From contig JBBRQE010000001.1 of NCBI GenBank assembly GCA_038226905.1, positions 1,392 to 65,391 on the forward strand: a stretch of DNA of 64,000 nucleotides, read 5' to 3'. The notes below the pieces were generated by a model. The model had not been told where the DNA came from. It saw only the letters and a program-made list of their open reading frames with translations, and searched no databases. The DNA is from Chthoniobacterales bacterium (GTDB lineage: Bacteria > Verrucomicrobiota > Verrucomicrobiia > Chthoniobacterales > UBA10450). Position numbers and translations under genes: made by a program. Below are positions 16,842 through 25,891 of this stretch, in pieces (positions within the stretch are counted from its first letter, which is position 1; every line of letters begins with the position of its first letter).

Positions 16842-16899
16842 GTCGGCGGGTGCCTTTAGGGTTCAGCCGGCCCGGAGAGCACTCCCACTCTCGCTCTTC

Positions 16900-17235
16900 C
16901 TAACCTGGCGGCCAGTCCAGCGCGCGCGCTCCCAGGACGTGCACGTGCAGATGAGGAACAGTTTCGCCAGCGTCCGGGCCGTTATTAATGACCACCCGGT
17001 AGCCGTGGGCCAGTTGCAATTGCTTCGCCAGATCCCGCGCCGTCAGCAACAACTTGCCAAGCAAAGCGCGGTCGCCATCGGACGCCTCGGCCAGGCGCGG
17101 GATTCGTTTTTTCGGAACAATGAGAATGTGAACGGGCGCCTGTGGATCGACGTCCTCAAAGGCGATGATCTCGTCGTCCTCCCAGATAATCTTGGCTGGG
17201 ATTTCGCGGGATATGATCTTTTCGAAAATGGTCAT
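16900..17235 (-). CDS. HIT family protein (HinT-like)
   Basis: 111 aa. MTIFEKIISREIPAKIIWEDDEIIAFEDV, histidine triad HLHVHVL. Confidence 0.9.
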   Translation of the reverse strand: MTIFEKIISREIPAKIIWEDDEIIAFEDVDPQAPVHILIVPKKRIPRLAEASDGDRALLGKLLLTARDLAKQLQLAHGYRVVINNGPDAGETVPHLHVHVLGARALDWPPG

Positions 17236-17271
17236 CGTTTTCAGCCGGTCGGCTGGAGGGCGGTGCCCGAA

Positions 17272-17832
17272 TTAACGCAGGGAGCAATCCAGCCGCTGTC
17301 CCTCCCCTGAGACGCAGAGTTTGTCGCGCACGAAGCAGACCACTTCCTCCCGCAAAATATCGCAGGCACGCGTCCACACTTTCGATCCCTGCAAATGTTT
17401 GACGGCCGCCGGCAGCGAGCAGAGGTGAAGCGTGTCGGTTCCCGCACCAATCAGCGATTCAATGCGCTTTTCCAGCAAATCGAAGAAAGCCAGTTCGTAA
17501 CCGGTCCCCGCTTCACAGGCCAGATCCAGCAGTGAAATGGAAATGGGGGGCGGTCCGGGGGTAAAGTAAGGAACGATTTCTTTGTATCCGATGACCTTTA
17601 AAACGTAGCGGACGGTTTGTGACAACTGGCTGAAAGCCACGACCGATTCGTCCGTCCGCAAGCGAAGATAAAATGCGATGCTCTCGGTCACGTGATCAGT
17701 CAGCCACCAACTGGGGTAGCCCGCCTGGTCGGCCGCGCGCGTAATAGCGGCATGCAGCCAGTCCCGGGTAAACTCGAAAAGTTGACCCGATTCACAGCGG
17801 AGGTAGGGGAATTCTTCTTTAAACGCGACCAT
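17272..17832 (-). CDS. Hypothetical protein, Cys-rich C-terminus, overlaps the nrdR stop
   Basis: 186 aa with no motif I recognise. The start overlaps the nrdR 3' end by 14 nt. Coding-like composition, and no competing ORF explains the region. Confidence 0.5.
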   Translation of the reverse strand: MVAFKEEFPYLRCESGQLFEFTRDWLHAAITRAADQAGYPSWWLTDHVTESIAFYLRLRTDESVVAFSQLSQTVRYVLKVIGYKEIVPYFTPGPPPISISLLDLACEAGTGYELAFFDLLEKRIESLIGAGTDTLHLCSLPAAVKHLQGSKVWTRACDILREEVVCFVRDKLCVSGEGQRLDCSLR

Positions 17833-18334
17833 GGTTGGCAGGTTCGGCGGCGGGAAAGAGTTCGCGCTGCTGGGAGTTTGGCTTTACGCGGCGGCCCAAC
17901 GCGTGAATGGCGTCGGCAAATTCGTCCACATTTTCAAAACGCTTATGGACCGAGGCATAGCGGAGATAGGCGACCTCATCGATCCCGCGTAATTTCTCCA
18001 GCACCTTCGAACCGATGGCCGACGACTGCACCTCGCGACCGCTCGTCTCGAGTTCGTGCACAATTTCGTCCACGGAATGTTCGAGGGTCACCAGGCTGAT
18101 GGAACGCTTCTCGCACGCTTTGGCCATGCTGTTCACCAGTTTGCGGCGATCGAACGATTCGTGGCTGCGATCCCGCTTGATGACGCGAAGATCAGAACGC
18201 TCCACCTGTTCGTAGGTGGTGAAACGGTATGCGCAGCTGAGACATTCCCGGCGACGGCGGATACTTGAGTTATCGCGAGACTGGCGCGAATCGATGACTT
18301 TATCATCACGAGACCCGCACTTGGGACAACGCAT
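17819..18334 (-). CDS. nrdR: Transcriptional repressor NrdR
   Basis: 171 aa. Zinc ribbon MRCPKCGS...CLSCAYRFTTYE followed by an ATP-cone (VIKRDRSHESFDRRKL). Confidence 0.9.
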   Translation of the reverse strand: MRCPKCGSRDDKVIDSRQSRDNSSIRRRRECLSCAYRFTTYEQVERSDLRVIKRDRSHESFDRRKLVNSMAKACEKRSISLVTLEHSVDEIVHELETSGREVQSSAIGSKVLEKLRGIDEVAYLRYASVHKRFENVDEFADAIHALGRRVKPNSQQRELFPAAEPANHGRV

Positions 18335-18354
18335 AGTGTTGGACGTGAACTATC

Positions 18355-18370
18355 ACACCAGATGTTGTGG
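18355..18370. promoter_or_regulatory. Possible NrdR-box-like palindrome upstream of nrdR
   Basis: ACACCAGATGTTGTGG matches 12/16 positions of the acaCwAtATaTwGtgt consensus as I remember it. Lies 21 nt upstream of the nrdR ATG. Only one box was found. Confidence 0.2.
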
Positions 18371-18560
18371 AGTCAACGCATGATTGTCAAAAGGCTAATT
18401 GCTTTTTGCAGCCTCGCAGGAGCTCAGCCCTCCAAGCACGTTCCTACTCGCGAGTCCACCGTCGCCACGGCAGGCACGCCGCGCTACGCCGTCCGCTCCG
18501 CCGTTAATCCACTCGAACCGACGCTTCGGGCGCTGTTCCGGTTCGCCTTTGATCAAAAGC

Positions 18561-21347
18561 CTAACGAGGTGGGAATTCGAACTCCGCTTTGTCTTTCCTG
18601 GCCGACAAAACCAGGTGAGCGGCGAATTTGTTTCCGCGTTTGGATATAAAATCCTCAATCAGGTGGGACCTCCCGGCCGACAATAATTCCTTCACCTCAT
18701 CGACCGAGAACTCATGTTCACAGAGTTTCTTGGTCAGCTTGAAGACCGGTCGATTGTCCTGATCCGGCTTGCGCACATAATAGACATTGTCCACCTCCAC
18801 GATCTCGCCCCCGTGAACTTTGCTTTCCCCGACCGCTACAGCCTTGGAAAGATCAACCTTGGCCCGCGCTTTTCGTTCGATCGGCTTTCCATCCTTGTCT
18901 TTTTTCGGAGCGCGTGGCGGAAACTCCCAGCGAATCTTCGCCTCGGTACGCACGAGAAAGGCATCGAAGGGCCGTCCTTTTTTGGAGATGAAGCCTTGGA
19001 TCAGATCGCTCTTCCCTTTTTCGACCATGTTTATGGCCTGCTCCCGCGTCACTTCCTTTTTGCACATGAGACGCGGAACCCGAAACAACTGTTTCCATTC
19101 TCCGTTCTCCTGGGCACGCAGCACATAACTGGATCCCACTTCGCATAACTCCGCGCCCGTCGCGGCTTCCGTCCAGAAAGGTTCTGCCAAACCGAGATCC
19201 GCCTTATCGCCAAAGTCGTATTCGGCTTTCCATTTTTCCGTCTTCTCGTCTTTGGCCAGTTTGAGTTTGGCGGCGAAATTGGCGCGGGTCTTGGCGGAAA
19301 TAAACCCGTCGAGCGGACCGACCGAGCCTTTCTCGACCAGTTCCTGCACTTCCGATTCTTCCATCTTCCGGCCACCGATGACCTTGTAGATCATGAATTG
19401 ACCGTCCTCGGACTTGTAGCCGCGCAACGTCTCCCGCAAAGGCTTGCCATCGGTCGGCGAAAGAATCTCGGTCACGCGCGCCACGGAATCGTCTTCTTCA
19501 AAACCCTTGACGCGTTCGACGAGGCCTTTCGTCTCTTCGATAATGTCCGCCATGAATTTTTCGCGCGAAAACTTACCCTGCTCCATCAGTCGTAATTGAT
19601 AGGCCCATTCGCCCGTCATAGCCGGACTGGTCATGTCGGTGGCCTTGACCGCTCCGAGAAATTGGATCAACTGCTCGGCCTTGGTGGAGGGAACCAGTTC
19701 ACGCTGATTCCGATCCATATATTTTTGGCGAATCAAACCGTCGATGGTCTCGGCGCGAGTCGCGGGTGTCCCGAGACCGCGTTCCTTCATCGCTTCGGCC
19801 AGCTCCTCGTCGTCCACAAATTTTCCTGCCGTTTCCATGGCGGAGAGCAAGGTTGCTTCCGTGTAGCGCGGTGGCGGCTTGGTTGCTTCCGTGTGCAGGA
19901 TTGCTTCGATGGTTTTGGCGTGACTCTTGTCCTCCGCACTTAAGGCGGGCAGCGCCTTGCCCTTCTCCGAATCGTCCTCCACTGCCTGCTTGCCATAAAC
20001 CTCCAGCCAACCTGGCGAGGTCATTACTTTGCCTTCGGTCTTGAACTTGTGCTTGGCCACCTGGCTCAGCCGCGTCGTGTTATCAAATTCGGCCACCGGA
20101 TAGAACACTGAGACAAAGCGGCGCGCCACCATATCGAAAATTTTCGCCTCGGCATCGTCCAGGTTTTTCGCGACCGAGGTCGTCGGAATGATGGCATGGT
20201 GATCACTGATTTGCGCGTTGTTAAAGACGCGTTTGTTAGGCTTGACCCAATCCTTTTGGAGCGCCTTTTGCGCATGTGCTTGCAGAGGCCCGGCCAAGTT
20301 TCCCAGAGTCTCCTTGACGACGGGCAGATAATCTTCCGGCAAAGCCCGCGAATCGGTGCGCGGATAAGTGAGCATCTTATGTCGCTCGTAAAGCGCCTGG
20401 GCTATGTCCAGCGTACGCTTGGCCGAAAAACCAAAGCGGCCGTTCGCTTCCCGCTGCAGGGTGGTCAAATCGTAAAGGCGCGGCGCGATTTGCGAGCTGC
20501 TCTTCTTCTGTTCCGACACTGTGGCCACCGGTTGTCCCTGGCACTCGGCCACCACCTCCGCAGCGGCCGCCTCCTCCCAGATTCGATCGATGCGATCGTG
20601 CTCGTCCTCGCTCTTCTTGAAATCAGGCCGCTGGTAAACGCCTTCGTAAACGCCCTGCGCGATTTCGAACTTCGCGATAACGCGCCAGTAACCGCGCGGC
20701 TTGAAATTCCGGATCTCCAGCTCGCGCGTGTAAACCATCGCGAGGGTCGGTGTCTGCACCCGGCCCACCGAAGCGGCGTTCCCCGCGCGCGAGCCGAACA
20801 TTCGTTTTGTGATGGCGCGGGTGCCATTGATTCCGATCAACCAATCACTCTCGCTGCGCGAACGGGCGGCGTCGGCCAGACCCTGCATTTCCGAGCCGTC
20901 GCGTAAGTTTTTGAACCCATCGCGAATGGCTTGAGCGGTCATTGATTGGAGCCAAAGACGCTTGACCGGATGCTTGTTTTTGGCCAACTGACAAAGGTAG
21001 GTGAAGATGAGTTCGCCCTCGCGCCCAGCGTCACAGGCGTTGACGATTTCCTTGAAGTCCTTCCGCGCGATCAGTTTTTTGAGCTGGGCGAAACGCTCTT
21101 TGGATTGCTCACTCGGTTTCAGTTCGAATTTGGCCGGAATAATGGGCAGCGTTTCCAGCCGCCAGAATCCATATTTCTTTTTGTCGATGTCTTCCGGCAT
21201 GAGCAGTTCGGCCACATGACCGACCGCGTAAGAGATGACGAATTCGTCGTTCTCGTAATGGTCGCCTTTCTTGGGCACGTTCCCCAAGGCGCGCGCGATG
21301 TCGGCCGCAACGCTCGGCTTTTCGGCAATGACAAGAGACTTGGGCAT
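18561..21347 (-). CDS. topB: DNA topoisomerase III with C-terminal repeat domains
   Basis: 928 aa. Toprim start MPKSLVIAEKPSVAADIARALG. Type IA core, then three repeats of the type GFISKKGRPFDAFLV / DFISKRGNKFAAHLV / GFISAKTRANFAAKLKL. Confidence 0.85.
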   Translation of the reverse strand: MPKSLVIAEKPSVAADIARALGNVPKKGDHYENDEFVISYAVGHVAELLMPEDIDKKKYGFWRLETLPIIPAKFELKPSEQSKERFAQLKKLIARKDFKEIVNACDAGREGELIFTYLCQLAKNKHPVKRLWLQSMTAQAIRDGFKNLRDGSEMQGLADAARSRSESDWLIGINGTRAITKRMFGSRAGNAASVGRVQTPTLAMVYTRELEIRNFKPRGYWRVIAKFEIAQGVYEGVYQRPDFKKSEDEHDRIDRIWEEAAAAEVVAECQGQPVATVSEQKKSSSQIAPRLYDLTTLQREANGRFGFSAKRTLDIAQALYERHKMLTYPRTDSRALPEDYLPVVKETLGNLAGPLQAHAQKALQKDWVKPNKRVFNNAQISDHHAIIPTTSVAKNLDDAEAKIFDMVARRFVSVFYPVAEFDNTTRLSQVAKHKFKTEGKVMTSPGWLEVYGKQAVEDDSEKGKALPALSAEDKSHAKTIEAILHTEATKPPPRYTEATLLSAMETAGKFVDDEELAEAMKERGLGTPATRAETIDGLIRQKYMDRNQRELVPSTKAEQLIQFLGAVKATDMTSPAMTGEWAYQLRLMEQGKFSREKFMADIIEETKGLVERVKGFEEDDSVARVTEILSPTDGKPLRETLRGYKSEDGQFMIYKVIGGRKMEESEVQELVEKGSVGPLDGFISAKTRANFAAKLKLAKDEKTEKWKAEYDFGDKADLGLAEPFWTEAATGAELCEVGSSYVLRAQENGEWKQLFRVPRLMCKKEVTREQAINMVEKGKSDLIQGFISKKGRPFDAFLVRTEAKIRWEFPPRAPKKDKDGKPIERKARAKVDLSKAVAVGESKVHGGEIVEVDNVYYVRKPDQDNRPVFKLTKKLCEHEFSVDEVKELLSAGRSHLIEDFISKRGNKFAAHLVLSARKDKAEFEFPPR

Positions 21348-21482
21348 GGGCAGGTTCGGGTTTAACCCAGCATGTTACGGACGAGCAACAGCAATCCGTC
21401 TCCGTGCCGCGTGCAGCTGAATAAAAGCGGGAAGCTTAGACCGGACGGGGCGATTGGCAAATCGGGCTCCGGGCGGGGGTTG

Positions 21483-22583
21483 TTAGCCGAGTTTTACGAA
21501 GTATTTGCCGGGCAACTGCTTAACGAGCCGCTTCAGTTCCAGGCGCAGAAGGGTGGAAGAGACTGTCCCGCTGGGCAAACCGCAGGTGGCGGCGATCTGA
21601 TCGATGGGAGTCTCGGAGGGGTTGATCGCGTCGTAAACCTGCCGTTCTTCGTCGGTCAGGGGGGGAAGAGATCGAGCCGCCGCTTCCGGCGACGGTTTTG
21701 TATCCGGCAACAAGATCTGGAGATCGTCCAAAATGTCGTTGGCGCTCATGACCAGCTTGGCTCCCTGTTGAATGAGCCGGTTCGAACCCATCGCGCTCGG
21801 GGCGTTGATATGTCCGGGCACGGCATAGACAGACCGCCCCTGCTCAATCGCCTGCGATGCTGTAATGAGCGCGCCGCTGTTCAGGCCCGCTTCCACGACC
21901 AGAATCCCGTGGCTCCAACCGCTGATAATCCGGTTGCGCATCGGGAAAGTCTGGCGGTCCGGTTCCACTTCCATGGAAAACTCCGATAGGATCGCGCCGT
22001 TTCCGTCGGCAATTTTCTCGGCCAGCGCCTGGTTTTCGGGGGGATACAGACGCGATAACCCGGAGCCGATGACGGCAATGGTGCGACCTTTGGCAGCCAG
22101 GGCGCCCTGATGCGCGGCGGTGTCGATTCCGCGGGCCAGGCCACTAATAACGGTGAGCCCGGCATAGGCAATCTGGTAGGACAGCTTCTTAGCGCACTCC
22201 CCGCCGTAATGCGTCGTCTTGCGCGAGCCGATCACCGCAATGGCGTGCCGGTCGCGCTCCTGAATCTCACCCCAGACATAAAGCACGATGGGAGGCGCGT
22301 GAATTTCCCGGAGCGCTCGCGAATAGAGCGGAGATTCCTGCGTCAACACGGCGGCGCCAAAATCTTTTACTCTCTGAAGCTCGGCGGCCAGATCGATGAT
22401 CGATTCCCAACCGGAGATTTGCTCCGCCACTTCATTCCCAATGCCGTCAACCGTCCGCAGCTCGCTGCGTGTCGCGGTAAGGATACGCTCGGGCATTTCG
22501 AAAACCTCAAGGAGCTTCCGCAACCGCACCGGCCCCACCGTGGGGAGCATGTTCAGCGCGATACAGGCTTCAGTGGAATTCAT
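21483..22583 (-). CDS. dprA: DNA-processing protein DprA (Smf)
   Basis: 366 aa. SGLARGIDTAAHQGAL, TIAVIGSGLSRLYPPEN, C-terminal winged-helix-like tail. Confidence 0.85.
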   Translation of the reverse strand: MNSTEACIALNMLPTVGPVRLRKLLEVFEMPERILTATRSELRTVDGIGNEVAEQISGWESIIDLAAELQRVKDFGAAVLTQESPLYSRALREIHAPPIVLYVWGEIQERDRHAIAVIGSRKTTHYGGECAKKLSYQIAYAGLTVISGLARGIDTAAHQGALAAKGRTIAVIGSGLSRLYPPENQALAEKIADGNGAILSEFSMEVEPDRQTFPMRNRIISGWSHGILVVEAGLNSGALITASQAIEQGRSVYAVPGHINAPSAMGSNRLIQQGAKLVMSANDILDDLQILLPDTKPSPEAAARSLPPLTDEERQVYDAINPSETPIDQIAATCGLPSGTVSSTLLRLELKRLVKQLPGKYFVKLG

Positions 22584-22597
22584 CGTGATCCAGGTAG

Positions 22598-22641
22598 GGG
22601 CGGTGCACCGAACCGCCCGCGGGCGATTGGGTCAATCGGCC
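22598..22641. repeat. Double-hairpin REP-like element (GGGCGGT-GCACCGA-ACCGCCC followed by GGGCGATTG-GGT-CAATCGGCC)
   Basis: Read directly from the sequence. It lies 30 nt 3' of the ssb stop and 15 nt 5' of the dprA ATG. The second hairpin is the same as 3077-3098. The CACCGAACCGCC motif is also at 3003-3014. Confidence 0.6.
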
Positions 22642-22671
22642 CTAGCTGACGGCTCTTGTCCCCAGACCAAA

Positions 22672-23136
22672 CTAAAACGGAATTTCGTCGTCGTCGGGAT
22701 CGGCCGCCGCGCTGGGCTTCGGCGGGGCCGCCGGCTTGGCACTGGCTCGCGCAGGACGCTCTTCCTCACCCGATTCCCCACCCCCACCACTCCCCGCCGC
22801 CGGGCGGCTGCCCAAAAGCTGCATGGTTTCACCGATAACGCGCAATTTCGAGCGTTTCTGTCCACTCTGTTTGTCATCCCAGGTATCGAGCTGAAGACGG
22901 CCTTCGATGAAAACAGGGCGTCCCTTTTTTAGATATTCGCCGGCTATCTCGGCCAGGCGCGCCCACAAGACCACGTCGACAAACGTAACCTCTTCGCGCT
23001 TCTCACCGTTATCCAGGGTGTAGGCACGATTGACGGCAAGACCGATGTCACAGACCGCGCTCCCCTTGGGAGTGTAGCGAACTTCCGGGTCGCGCGTCAG
23101 ATTTCCGAGGAGAATAACTTTATTAAAGCTGGCCAT
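22672..23136 (-). CDS. ssb: Single-stranded DNA-binding protein
   Basis: 154 aa. MASFNKVILLGNLTRDPEVRYTPKG, Gly/Pro-rich linker, acidic tip DDDEIPF. Confidence 0.9.
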   Translation of the reverse strand: MASFNKVILLGNLTRDPEVRYTPKGSAVCDIGLAVNRAYTLDNGEKREEVTFVDVVLWARLAEIAGEYLKKGRPVFIEGRLQLDTWDDKQSGQKRSKLRVIGETMQLLGSRPAAGSGGGGESGEEERPARASAKPAAPPKPSAAADPDDDEIPF

Positions 23137-23154
23137 CCGCCAGTCTTAAACAAG

Positions 23155-23493
23155 TTACGCCTCTGGCGCCAACTTTTTCGGAGTGCGCTCTTTCTTGTCG
23201 GTCTTACTGCGCAAACGCTGGAAGGTTTGACGATAGACCTCGGGGTCAAGCTTGAACTTGGAACGCAGTTTGGTGATGAGCTGCGGGTCCGCATGAAAGA
23301 CAAAGTTCACATAAAAGCCCGCATCGAGGGGCCCCGCCACATAGGCAAACGGCCGTTTGTCCATCTTTTGGACCTGTTCGATGTCGGCGCCTTCTTTTTG
23401 AAATTCTGACTCCAGTCGATCGACGATTTCTTTAACGCTATCTTCCTTGCCCTGCGTATTCAGCACGATCAACGCTTCGTAACGATTCTTCAT
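23155..23493 (-). CDS. rpsF: 30S ribosomal protein S6
   Basis: 112 aa. MKNRYEALIVLNTQGKEDSVKEIVDRL..., RPFAYV. The start overlaps the pth stop by 4 nt. Confidence 0.9.
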   Translation of the reverse strand: MKNRYEALIVLNTQGKEDSVKEIVDRLESEFQKEGADIEQVQKMDKRPFAYVAGPLDAGFYVNFVFHADPQLITKLRSKFKLDPEVYRQTFQRLRSKTDKKERTPKKLAPEA

Positions 23494-24071
23494 AATTCTT
23501 CTACCTTGTTGAAAGTGTTCATCGCGGAAACGACGCCATTGTCAATCGCCCATTTCGCGGCCGTGGCGGCTCGCTCGATGCCGGCTGCGACCGCTGGCTT
23601 TTCTTCGTCGAGGAATCGTCCCAGCACGTAATCGACCGTTCCCTCCCTCGGCGCCGCCCCAATTCCGACGCGTACCCGGGGAATTTGGTCCGTCCCAAAT
23701 TGCAGGATAATGGACTCCAAACCATTGTGCCCCCCCGTCCCGCCGTCCGGGCGAATGCGGACCCGTCCGAGCGGGAGGGCCAAATCATCCATTACCACCA
23801 AAATTTGTCCCGGTTCCACCTTGTAAAATTGCGCGACCGCCCCCAGCGGCTGCCCGCTTCGGTTCATATAGGTCATGGGCTTGACTAGCCACAGGTCGCT
23901 GGCCTTGGCCACGGAGGCCCCCCATTTGGTCGAATTCTCCCAAGTGGCAGCCAGTTGCGAGGCTAAGCGGTCAACCACCAGAAACCCGATATTATGCCGG
24001 GTAGATTGATATTCCGGCCCGGGATTTCCCAGGCCTGCGATTATACGAATGCGAGGAGAAGTTTCTTCCAC
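23490..24071 (-). CDS. pth: Peptidyl-tRNA hydrolase
   Basis: 193 aa. IIAGLGNPGPEYQSTRHNIGF, GGHNGL. Confidence 0.9.
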   Translation of the reverse strand: MEETSPRIRIIAGLGNPGPEYQSTRHNIGFLVVDRLASQLAATWENSTKWGASVAKASDLWLVKPMTYMNRSGQPLGAVAQFYKVEPGQILVVMDDLALPLGRVRIRPDGGTGGHNGLESIILQFGTDQIPRVRVGIGAAPREGTVDYVLGRFLDEEKPAVAAGIERAATAAKWAIDNGVVSAMNTFNKVEEL

Positions 24072-24108
24072 ATCCCGTCGCTTCGATGCCGAGGTCTAAA
24101 TTCGCCGA

Positions 24109-24792
24109 TTACTTCTTGGAGTCTTTGCCTGAAGCAGGGGCGGCCGAAGTTTCGCCTTCCGCCGGCTTCTTCTCCGTAATGACCTCTGGACCGGTCGGAG
24201 CACCCTCGATCGGAGCGACTGCCACTTCCTCGACGGCTGGCGCGACCACCGAAAAGGCGGTCAAGTCGGGCTGGACCCTGGCCGTTACCCCATTCGGCAT
24301 CTGTATATCTCGCACGTGCACGGCATCCCCGATGTTCAAAGCGGAAATATCCACGGTAATGCGATCGGGCAGATCCCGCGGCAAACACTCGATGGCCAAC
24401 GAACGCAGACTCTGTTCGAGCAAACCCCCGAAGTTTTTCACGCCGTTGGCGGTGCCGACCGGCTCCAGCGGAACGTCGGCGTGAATCTTCTCATCCATGG
24501 AGACGGCATGGAAATCGATATGCAAAACTTTGCCGCCCAGAGGGGCGTGCTGAATCTCCTGCACGAGAGCCAGACGATTGCCTCCCGCGATTTCCAATTC
24601 GACCAAAATGTTTTCACCGGACGCGTGGCTCAATATCTTGTTCACCTCGCGGGCCGAAACCTGCAGGGGTTGCGGCTTTTCCTTGCCCCCATAGACGACG
24701 GCCGGGATGGATCCCACCGCCTTAAGTTTCCGCGCGGCTGACCGCCCGGTGGCGGTCCGCTCTTCTGCTTTGAGTTTAACCTGTTTTGCCAT
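24109..24792 (-). CDS. rplY: 50S ribosomal protein L25 / general stress protein Ctc
   Basis: 227 aa. MAKQVKLKAEERTATGRSAARKLKAVGSIPAVVYG, with a long C-terminal Ctc-type extension. Confidence 0.85.
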   Translation of the reverse strand: MAKQVKLKAEERTATGRSAARKLKAVGSIPAVVYGGKEKPQPLQVSAREVNKILSHASGENILVELEIAGGNRLALVQEIQHAPLGGKVLHIDFHAVSMDEKIHADVPLEPVGTANGVKNFGGLLEQSLRSLAIECLPRDLPDRITVDISALNIGDAVHVRDIQMPNGVTARVQPDLTAFSVVAPAVEEVAVAPIEGAPTGPEVITEKKPAEGETSAAPASGKDSKK

Positions 24793-25747
24793 TTTCGTTC
24801 TCGATGTTAAACAGCGACGACACAGACTCGTCGTTATGAATCCGTTTCATGCCCTCTCCGAGCAACTCGGAGACGCATTGCACATTGATCGAAAATCCCT
24901 CGACCATGCGCACCGGCGTGCTGTTGGTCGTTACTAATTCTTTAATTTTCGACTTTTGCAATCGCGGAATTGCCAGATCGACCAAAACAGCGTGGGACAC
25001 GGCCGCATAGATATCGAGGGCTCCCTTGGTTTTGAGCGTCTCGGCAGCGGACACGAGCGTGCCGCCGGTTTCGGTTAGATCGTCAACCAGCAGGACATCA
25101 CAACCCTCCACATCCCCAATGACATAGAGCGCCTTCGTCTCGGTGGCGCTCTTCCGCTGTTTGGCCACGATGGCCAGATTGGCACCCAGAGCTTGCGCGT
25201 AGGCAGAGGCCATCTTAAGTCCCCCCACATCGGGCGATACCACCACCGTCTTCCGGGTCAGTCGATGACGCAGGTACTTAATAAGAACCGGCATCGAGTA
25301 AAGATGGTCGACCGGAATATCGAAGAAGCCCTGCACCTGTTGGGCGTGTAAATCCATCGTGAGAACGCGACTCACCCCGGCTGCGCAGAGAAGATTCGCC
25401 ACCAGTTTGGCCGTGATCGGCACGCGCGGTTGATCCTTCCTGTCCTGACGGGCGTAGCCAAAAAACGGAATCACCGCTGTGATCCGATCGGCGCTGGCCC
25501 GCCGCGCTGCGTCCACCATGATGAGCAGCTCCATGAGGTGCTGGTTAGTCGGCGGGGAAGTCGGTTGAATAAGGTATACATCCCGGCCCCGAACATTTTC
25601 GTCGATCTTGACGTAGGTTTCGCCGTCCGGAAAAGAGCTGATGGTGGCCTGACCGAGAGGAACCCCTATAAACTGGCAGATTTTCTCGGCCAACTCGCGA
25701 TTGGCGGAGCCGCTGAAGATTTTCATTTCTGGTTGGCGAGCGAACAT
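24776..25747 (-). CDS. prs: Ribose-phosphate pyrophosphokinase
   Basis: 323 aa (alternative start MKIFSG at 25726). SSFPDGETYVKI, YARQDRK, DLHAQQVQGFFDIPVD, VVSPDVGG, LVDDLTETGGT. Confidence 0.9.
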   Translation of the reverse strand: MFARQPEMKIFSGSANRELAEKICQFIGVPLGQATISSFPDGETYVKIDENVRGRDVYLIQPTSPPTNQHLMELLIMVDAARRASADRITAVIPFFGYARQDRKDQPRVPITAKLVANLLCAAGVSRVLTMDLHAQQVQGFFDIPVDHLYSMPVLIKYLRHRLTRKTVVVSPDVGGLKMASAYAQALGANLAIVAKQRKSATETKALYVIGDVEGCDVLLVDDLTETGGTLVSAAETLKTKGALDIYAAVSHAVLVDLAIPRLQKSKIKELVTTNSTPVRMVEGFSINVQCVSELLGEGMKRIHNDESVSSLFNIENENGKTG

Positions 25748-25891
25748 GGACGCGGGCCGCTAAGGTAGGCGCTTGGGCGACAGGTTTGCAAACTTAGAAT
25801 ATCCATCGTAAAAGATCGCCGCCCGCGCTTGCAAATTCTGTCGGTTTCCGGCACACCTATTAAGCTCCTCTCTCACGACTTTCCGTCCCCC

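Noticed and set aside
16900-17235. The HIT protein and the GNAT at 38611-39099, considered as toxin components of toxin-antitoxin or defence modules.
   Set aside because: No small antitoxin-like ORF is adjacent to either. HinT-like HIT proteins and stand-alone GNATs are common housekeeping genes.
21441-21472. Third copy of the GGGCGATTG hairpin after dprA.
   Set aside because: Only the CGATT/AATCG core and an outer CCGGA/TCCGG pair are complementary. It is too degenerate to call as a feature on its own, so it is mentioned only as support.
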